The translations under genes and the position numbers were made by a program. DNA of 55,380 bases from a virus (lineage: Duplodnaviria; Caudoviricetes). Positions 48,724 through 55,380 of this stretch are shown here, one piece after another. The stretch is taken from the IMG/VR virus record IMGVR_UViG_3300051212_000924, positions 1 through 55,380 of that record; one strand, 5' to 3'. Under the pieces are notes generated by a model, which saw only the letters and a list, made by a program, of their open reading frames with translations, was not told the origin of the DNA and ran no database searches. Numbering within the stretch: the first letter of the stretch is position 1; each line of letters begins with the position of its first letter.

Positions 48724-50859
48724 ATGATTAACCGTCAGAAAAAAATTTACTTCTACTCAACTCAAGCACATTACGAAGATCAAATTCAACTTAGTCGTAT
48801 CCCAATGCTTAAGATTGGTGATACGCAACAGGAAGAAGCGGAAGATCGTATCAATCAACAAGATACAACTTCTAACCCTCAACAACTTTTGCCCAAAGGT
48901 GTATTTGAAACCACCTTTGGCGATAAAGAGTTTCACAAATATCTTCTGCAACGTGGGTACAAGAAAACCCGTGATGATAAAGATCGTGAGTGGTTTTTTA
49001 TCACTGTCGAAGATGCTACCTATGAACTGGAACAGTATCGGGGTGCTCAATCTGTAAGTAAGGTTGCAGAAACCCGTGAACTCTATAAGCATCAACAAGA
49101 GTTTGTGAGTAAAATTCTCTCAAACTGGGAGCAGTGGAAGGAATTTCTGCTGTTTGCAAAGTGCCGTGCTGGCAAATCTACGATGGTTCTTACTGCTATT
49201 GTAAAGAGTGGTGTCAAGGTAACTCTTGTTGTCTCCCGATACAAGTCACCAGAACAATCTTGGCGTGATGACTCTAACCTCAAGAACTTTGAGAACCTGG
49301 TGTACATTGACCTAAACAAGAAAGGTTATGAGCAGGAGATTGAGAAGTATCTGAAAACTGATAAACAACTGATTCTCTGGGGTTGTATTCAGAGTCGTAA
49401 ACTTACAAATCTTCCCTGCAATGTTGACCTGATTGTTTATGATGAGGCACACGTTGGATATGGTTCAAAGCAGTGGACTGAACTTCAAGATTCTCATGAT
49501 TGTAAGGTTCTTTATGTAACTGGAACTGCTTACAAACTGCAGTTTGATTTTGATAAAAATAATTCGTATACTTATTCTTATTTTGAGGAACAACTTGATG
49601 CCAAACTTGGTCTGAGTCAGGGTAGGACTATTCCTAAACTGAAGTTGTTTGTTGCTCAGTATCAGTCGGAGGAGTATCAAAAACTATTTGGTGACGATCC
49701 TGCTGCAATGAAGAACATTTTCAATACTCTTCTTGATGGAGAATTTGTTAATCCTTTTCTTGTGAAAGAGTTTGTTGATATGTACTTCTCAAGTCAACGT
49801 ACTCTTCGTCCACAAGATAGGATTTTCAAAGATTCTACACACATCTATGCAACTCTTCCTAGTGTTGCTGCTTGTCACGCTTTCTCTAAGTTTGTAACTG
49901 GAACTCGTTTTGCTCCTTTGGTTGTAACTGGAGAAACTGACGAAGATGCAGAAACTATCAACGCACATATTGAAAAGAATCCTTGCGGTACGATTATTCT
50001 CACACGTTCTGCCAATGTTCTTGGTGTAACTGCCCCTAAGATTGATACAGTCGTGAATATGACTGAAGGAAAGTCTTTGGAGTTTTATGTTCAGTTTGCT
50101 TTCCGTGGTGGTAGTGGAGATAAGGATTGGAATCTGTTTGATTTCTGTCCAGAACGTGCAGTTCGTGCGTTTTCTAATATCTTCACTGAAGCGTGTGATG
50201 CAAACCAAAATCTTGCAGAATATGTGTTTGGGGATTTTATTGATGTCTTCTCTTGGTCCAACGGATTCAAACAACTCAGTAGCGAAGAAATCAACGACAT
50301 TCTTGCCATCAATATTGAAGAAACTATTTCTCTTTCTTCCAACTTTGTTGACCGTATGAACGATGATATTCTGAATACTATTGAATGTTCCACCGATCTT
50401 CAGAGTGCAGATTATCCACATCTCACTCTGCACGTAATCAACTCCAACGATACAAATAGTAAGACTAACAAACAACGTATTGGAGAAAAGTCCGAACGTG
50501 AGTTTGAAATCAATCAAACGAAAGAACAGGTACGTGAGTATCTGAAACGTGTCCCTCTTGCGGTGTTTCACTGTGTCCGTAAAGGTATCCCAACCACAAA
50601 CATCGATTCGTTCTTGAATTCTGAACATTATGTTTACAACACTTATGACGTTGATGGTGTACTCAAAAAGTATTTTGAACTTACATCTGGTGAAGAAACT
50701 CGTCGCTTTGCCTATCGCCTGAATCAAATTACCACTAACATCAAATCGTCCATCCATCAAGACGAACTTGGGACACTTGAGAAACTGTCACACTCTGGTC
50801 AACAACACCAGGTTCTTGATGTAGAATTTGTTGAAAACCTTTTGTCAAACATTTCCTAA
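48724..50859 (+). CDS. T5orf172/GIY-YIG-like nuclease fused to SF2 helicase (restriction-enzyme-like)
   Basis: IYFY...LKIGDT..AEDRI.QQ...DKEFH...REWF; YKHQ, AKCRAGKS, YDEAH, VTGT, YVQFAFRG. Confidence 0.8.
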   Translation: MINRQKKIYFYSTQAHYEDQIQLSRIPMLKIGDTQQEEAEDRINQQDTTSNPQQLLPKGVFETTFGDKEFHKYLLQRGYKKTRDDKDREWFFITVEDATYELEQYRGAQSVSKVAETRELYKHQQEFVSKILSNWEQWKEFLLFAKCRAGKSTMVLTAIVKSGVKVTLVVSRYKSPEQSWRDDSNLKNFENLVYIDLNKKGYEQEIEKYLKTDKQLILWGCIQSRKLTNLPCNVDLIVYDEAHVGYGSKQWTELQDSHDCKVLYVTGTAYKLQFDFDKNNSYTYSYFEEQLDAKLGLSQGRTIPKLKLFVAQYQSEEYQKLFGDDPAAMKNIFNTLLDGEFVNPFLVKEFVDMYFSSQRTLRPQDRIFKDSTHIYATLPSVAACHAFSKFVTGTRFAPLVVTGETDEDAETINAHIEKNPCGTIILTRSANVLGVTAPKIDTVVNMTEGKSLEFYVQFAFRGGSGDKDWNLFDFCPERAVRAFSNIFTEACDANQNLAEYVFGDFIDVFSWSNGFKQLSSEEINDILAINIEETISLSSNFVDRMNDDILNTIECSTDLQSADYPHLTLHVINSNDTNSKTNKQRIGEKSEREFEINQTKEQVREYLKRVPLAVFHCVRKGIPTTNIDSFLNSEHYVYNTYDVDGVLKKYFELTSGEETRRFAYRLNQITTNIKSSIHQDELGTLEKLSHSGQQHQVLDVEFVENLLSNIS

Positions 50860-50863
50860 AACG

Positions 50864-51898
50864 ATGAATCTGTTGATTTTTGGTGATCCGTGCGGCATCA
50901 CTTCCAGTGTTGCAGTCAAAAACGGTTACAAACCAGAAAATATTGTTGTTTGGGAAAATGATGTTCGACATCATTATGCAATTCAACAAGTTAGTGATAA
51001 AATAACTATTACGACCGACGCAAACTTTGAGAAATTAAACATGCGATTCCATTCGAATATTGGTAATCCTCCCTATTTGAAAAACTTACATCTTGAGTTT
51101 CTTCTTAAAGGTCTGGAACTGTCTGATAACGTTTCTCTTGTTCATCCTTCTGGGTGGTTGTTTCGCTCAACCCGAAAGATTGAGATGCAGGTCCGTGCTG
51201 CTCTGAAGAATCGTGTTCGCAAACTGGAACTGTTTAACGGAAACGCTAAGTTTCCTGATGCACGATTTGGTTGTCCTCTTGTAGTCACAACAGCGGTGAA
51301 GCATCATACTGGTCCGATTGAATTGGTCTATGGAACTACTGGGAATCGTTACTTTATTGATTCTCTTGATGATATGCCCACTGGTTTCTGGGAACCAAGT
51401 GCTATTCATCTTGAAACAGTCGCAAAGTATAAGCAACTGACACAAACAGATTCAGTTAACGATCTTCTTAAGAAGTATTCTGGCACTGGTTCTTCTATCT
51501 CTACACCACGGGTGTGTGGTCACGCTAATTTTGTCTCCACCCCTAGGGTTTGTGGTAATCAGACTAAAAAAGCAGAGGACTTTGTTTCCTATGACTTTTT
51601 CACGTTCTTTTATCGTAACAGTGAGATCTTTGATATCAACCCGAAGAACAAGGTGTTTACCACATCTTCTGAGGCAGAACGTGACAGTTTGATTTCATAC
51701 TTGAAGACCAAAGTTGCACGGTTCGGTCTTTCTATCAATAAGATTTCTCAGGACGCCCATATTTCCCGTTATCTTGAGGATGTTCCTCTTCCTCCTCTTG
51801 ATCGTGAGTGGACTGAAGAATCGATTATGGAATATTATAAGTTTACTGAGGAACAACGTAACCTGATTAACACCTTTATTGCCGACTATTATGTTTGA
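50864..51898 (+). CDS. Eco57I-like N6-adenine methyltransferase with degenerate motif I
   Basis: RFHSNIGNPPY, LHLEFL, VHPSGWL, C-terminal VPLPPLDREWTEE...YKFTEEQ. The TTG at 50828 abuts the -10 box, so ATG 50864 is preferred. Confidence 0.75.
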   Translation: MNLLIFGDPCGITSSVAVKNGYKPENIVVWENDVRHHYAIQQVSDKITITTDANFEKLNMRFHSNIGNPPYLKNLHLEFLLKGLELSDNVSLVHPSGWLFRSTRKIEMQVRAALKNRVRKLELFNGNAKFPDARFGCPLVVTTAVKHHTGPIELVYGTTGNRYFIDSLDDMPTGFWEPSAIHLETVAKYKQLTQTDSVNDLLKKYSGTGSSISTPRVCGHANFVSTPRVCGNQTKKAEDFVSYDFFTFFYRNSEIFDINPKNKVFTTSSEAERDSLISYLKTKVARFGLSINKISQDAHISRYLEDVPLPPLDREWTEESIMEYYKFTEEQRNLINTFIADYYV

Positions 51899-52313
51899 GC
51901 GCAAGAACGCTGCGAATAAGAACGCAGCAAATAAGGAGTTTGGTTCTGATATTGAACGCTCTGACGAAAGAATTGACGAAACTGGTGAGGTCTTCACTCC
52001 AATTGAGTTTTGTCAATATATGATTCAAGAGATTCCCGAAGAAGTTCTAAAGAATCCTGAGTCAAGATTCTTAGACAATTCTGCTGGAAGTGGAAACTAT
52101 TTGATTGCTCTTCGTGATACGCTGCTACAGTACCACAAACTTGATCATATTCTGAATGATATGCTCTACGCTGTGGAACTTATGGAAGATAATCATAAAG
52201 AATTGTGCAATCGACTGGGTGTTCCTGTGACACATCAACACTATGTTAATCACGACGCCCTCACCTACGATTATAGTTTCGGTGAAGCGGTGGGATTGGA
52301 AGCGTTTATGTGA
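51891..52313 (+). CDS. Methyltransferase N-half (motifs X, I, II; no NPPY)
   Basis: RIDETGEVFTP, FLDNSAGSGNY, LYAVELMEDN, NHDAL.YDY then stop. Confidence 0.75.
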   Translation: MFERKNAANKNAANKEFGSDIERSDERIDETGEVFTPIEFCQYMIQEIPEEVLKNPESRFLDNSAGSGNYLIALRDTLLQYHKLDHILNDMLYAVELMEDNHKELCNRLGVPVTHQHYVNHDALTYDYSFGEAVGLEAFM

Positions 52314-52388
52314 CAGTTCAACAGGTGGCACAGGGTGCGCTGAGACGCCTCCATATGCCCCTATAATACGTTCATACGCAATCAAGCA

Positions 52389-52835
52389 ATGACCACCACC
52401 TTCGCTGACTATGCCGCTGCTGCAGAGGCACGGAAAGACATCGCTGCTGCTGTTCTGGGGCACACCTATGCCCTCTGTGAGGCACTGCGCCAGAACTACA
52501 TTGATTACAGTATCAAAATGCACGAACGTTCACTCTTTCGTGATTTTGATGACTCTTCGGTTTCTTATCATGAAGAGTGTATTGCTAAACTGAAAGAAGG
52601 CACTTGTGATTATGAGTTCTACCCCGAAACGGGTCGCAAGTATCACAAAATTGTGATGAATGCTGCTGGTTCCCGTTCGGTCCACGCTTTTGTGGATAAA
52701 AAAACTGGTCAAGTCTACAAGTCTGCTTCTTGGAAATCTCCTGCCAAAGGTGTTCGCTATGATCTCCGCATTATTGAACAGCGTGAATGGTTACTTCAAC
52801 ACGCTGACTGGGCAGGTAGTTACCTCTACCGCTGA
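52389..52835 (+). CDS. Conserved phage early hypothetical protein
   Basis: GRKYHKIV...SVHAFVDKKTGQVYKSASWKSPAKGVRY; lies between two promoter cassettes. Confidence 0.75.
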   Translation: MTTTFADYAAAAEARKDIAAAVLGHTYALCEALRQNYIDYSIKMHERSLFRDFDDSSVSYHEECIAKLKEGTCDYEFYPETGRKYHKIVMNAAGSRSVHAFVDKKTGQVYKSASWKSPAKGVRYDLRIIEQREWLLQHADWAGSYLYR

Positions 52836-52896
52836 CACTTCAACAACTGGCACACAGGGCACTCCAGACCCCTCTGGGGTGCCGTATAATAACCTT

Positions 52897-53142
52897 ATGT
52901 TCAACACACCCGCAATGAACGACACCATCAACAACGTGACCGTCACCAAGTCTCTGCGCCTTCTGTGCAACGGTTTCAAGTCTGAGTTTGCTACCTTTGC
53001 ACACGCTGATGAGAGAATGTGTGAGTTGCTTCACGAACTGGCAAGTGAGTTTGTGGATGCCAACATTCCTGTGGTTGATGAGGACAACCAGGTAGAACTT
53101 GCTATGATGCTGCTGGAGTCTTTGGATGTGATTGCACGATGA
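52897..53142 (+). CDS. Hypothetical protein (start 52897 or 52915)
   Basis: First ATGs downstream of TATAAT at 52885. Confidence 0.6.
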   Translation: MFNTPAMNDTINNVTVTKSLRLLCNGFKSEFATFAHADERMCELLHELASEFVDANIPVVDEDNQVELAMMLLESLDVIAR

Positions 53143-53200
53143 CTGGTAAGGAAAAACTTCTTTTTGTTTCATCTTTCGTTTGGTTTCTACACTGGGGGCA

Positions 53201-53677
53201 ATGTCTTACATCACTCTTTCTGGATACGGTTATTCTAAACTCCTCTGTGAGGATGTTACCACTTGGTTTCTGAATCGTTTCCTGCCCCGTCACAAGATTG
53301 ATGTGGAGATTCTTCATCGTGGTCTGAAACGTGAGGCAGTTTATGGTTACTGTGACTATGTGGGTGAATACTATCGCCCCCGTGAGTTTCTGATTGAGTT
53401 GGATACCCATATGGAGGAGGAGTTGTATATAAAAACTCTTTTACACGAACTGGTCCACCTGCGGCAGTGGGTAGTCGGTTCACTGCGGATGAAACGTGGA
53501 AAAATGCATTATGGTAAAGAACCTGTCGAAAATTATGAGTATTGGTATCAACCACACGAAATAGAGGCACGAGAGCAAGAAGAAACGCTATATCTGGAGT
53601 ACCTATTTGAGAAGAACGGGTGGACGGATCAACAAGTGGCACAGTTCTTCCCGAACCGCCTGATGCAGGCAGTATAA
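53201..53677 (+). CDS. SprT-like zinc metalloprotease
   Basis: KTLLHELVHLRQW (HExxH) and YWYQPHEIEA. Confidence 0.7.
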   Translation: MSYITLSGYGYSKLLCEDVTTWFLNRFLPRHKIDVEILHRGLKREAVYGYCDYVGEYYRPREFLIELDTHMEEELYIKTLLHELVHLRQWVVGSLRMKRGKMHYGKEPVENYEYWYQPHEIEAREQEETLYLEYLFEKNGWTDQQVAQFFPNRLMQAV

Positions 53678-53702
53678 TTACAAGGTAATCAAGGGAACCG
53701 CA

Positions 53703-55267
53703 ATGGTCACCGACACTACCACCGACGCCCAGTTGCGCCGCACGATTCAGAAGACGATTGAGCAGGAAATGCCTCTGCGCCTGCTGGAGCGCATTGTTTA
53801 TGAGGTGCGCTGTGAAGAGATGGGCATCTGCCCTGATGGTTGGAAACTCTATCCTGAGGACTGAAATGACTGAATTCTACGATTACGTTCTTTCTTTCTA
53901 CGGCAAAAATGGCATCTATCCGATGGGTGCCACACTTGAACTGATTCAGAAAGCAACTCAAGACCTGATTCAAATTCTGAATATCAAAGGGCAAGAGTTC
54001 TGTGGTGATAGTGTTGACCGAGAACTTGTCCGTGATCTTCTGATCGATAAGTACAAACTTCAATTCCCAAACTGATGAAAAACTACCGCATTCAAGTCAC
54101 CACTTTTGATGGACTTCGCACCGTTTGGTATGAGAAGTCCAAAGCAAAAAAAGCAACTGACATTATCTGTCGTCGTGTGTATGATCAACTGTGTGGTCTG
54201 AATATCAAAGAAATCGACGTTACTCTTTCTGTATGAATCACATTTACGTCAAGCAGTTTGCAAAGCGATGGTATCTTGTGTGGTCTGATACAGGACAAAC
54301 CATTGCATCATTTCCATCTGAGTTTGAGGCTTACGCAGCACGACGATCTATGATAGAATACAACAAGAACGGAGGAAAACTGTGAAAAAACTTTTATTGC
54401 TTGCAACCCTGTTGCTGACTTCTCCAGCACTGGCACAGACTGCACCAAAACCGAAAGTTTATCGTCCCTTTGTGTATGAAACTCCTTGTGCTCTGGATGC
54501 AGGTCTGCAAACTCAATTTGACACCTGCAAAGTGGTTGAAACCCGTGAGACTGGTGGAGCACTGCGAACCCGTAACATTTTCTCCAATCGGTTTGGTCTG
54601 ACGATCAAATCCTGGTTTGATAAGGAGAAAGGTTTTATGACTTGGGATAGTCATAATAAGTTTGCCTACAAGTGGGAGTATAAAGTTGCTGGAACTGGTG
54701 AGCAGGGTGCCTGGTCAATGGTGATGCCTGGTTTCTTACTTCAAAACGTATCTTGGGACTGATAACAATGACTGAAACAACTGTACAACTGAATGTTCAC
54801 GAAATTGGTGTGATTCTATCTGCACTGCAAGAACTCAACCTGCGTGAGGAAAATAGAATCGCACGGGAATACGGAAGTGCTGCGGCACTCTATAACAAAC
54901 TCTATTCGCTCTGGGAGCGAATGGACACTTCGCAAACTGGACTACGCAACGACGTGGTGCCGTCCTTCTGACCTATAATTACAAGGTAATCGGGAGACAC
55001 TCCATGACCACCTTCCCCACTCTCCAGTCCGCAGACGGCACGATGCTGGTTGGTTACTATCCTGTTCAGACGCCCTATGGTGACATCAGTCAGGAATGGT
55101 GCTTGCAGGTTCTGTCTTGGAAAGGTGTGGATCAAATCTCCAAGAAGTTTCTGAATCGTGTTGAGAAGACTCTTGCGATTCGTGAGCGTCTGGCACTGGG
55201 TTATGTTGAAACTGGTGACAACTCTGATCTGCCTCAACTTGGTAATCCTTTTTACGGTGCTTGCTGA
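53703..55267 (+). other. Small early-type hypothetical ORFs
   Basis: 53703-53864, 53866-54075, 54382-54762 (signal-peptide-like MKKLLLLATLLLTSPALA), 54768-54971, 55004-55267. Confidence 0.65.
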
Positions 55268-55380
55268 TGAACATCCCTCCTCGTTACATTCTCACTGGTG
55301 TTGTGTTTCTGATTGCTTTCTTCGGATACAATGCCTTTCTCATACAACGTGACCAGAAGTTGTATGATGCTTATTATGGC

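Larger units (their letters stand above)
30723..54979 (+). repeat. Dispersed promoter cassette, 11 copies: nnGACA(C/G)-TT-N4-AA-(C/G)TG(G/T)CAC-N30/31-TATAAT
   Basis: Copies start at 30723, 31246, 33125, 37049, 37974, 48000, 50770, 52310, 52832, 53621 and 54922, all on +. Confidence 0.9.

Noticed and set aside
49789-50760. 323-aa antisense ORF
   Set aside because: Fully opposite the nuclease-helicase gene; a codon-bias shadow.
30723-54979. Dyad repeats as a CRISPR array or IS ends
   Set aside because: Copies are dispersed, degenerate and fixed relative to -10 boxes; no cas or transposase gene is present.

Overview
This is a segment of a T4-like cyanomyophage genome, identified by T4-type baseplate genes, CP12, TAAATA late promoters and an NtcA-type promoter. 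Bases 1-11.4 kb hold the baseplate/tail module (gp53, gp48, gp2, gp4, gp54-like, gp26, gp51, two tape-measure-position proteins, hub, gp5). Bases 11.4-30.7 kb hold three tail-fibre genes interleaved with Gly-rich adhesin-like proteins and tailoring enzymes (2OG-Fe(II) oxygenases, sulfotransferase, flavin-dependent halogenase), plus three tRNAs. Bases 30.7-55.4 kb are a hyperplastic + strand region: small coupled ORFs, two homing endonucleases, two SF2 helicases, a split-methyltransferase restriction-modification-like locus, RfbB and CP12. The main signals are: 11 copies of a palindrome-N30-TATAAT promoter cassette; a perfectly placed -1 slippery site joining gp26 and gp51; a candidate virion-protein modification system; a canonical NtcA promoter; three orphan antitoxin-like modules; and homing endonucleases with insertion scars and start-sequestering hairpins. 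All calls come from motif recognition by eye; no searches were run.
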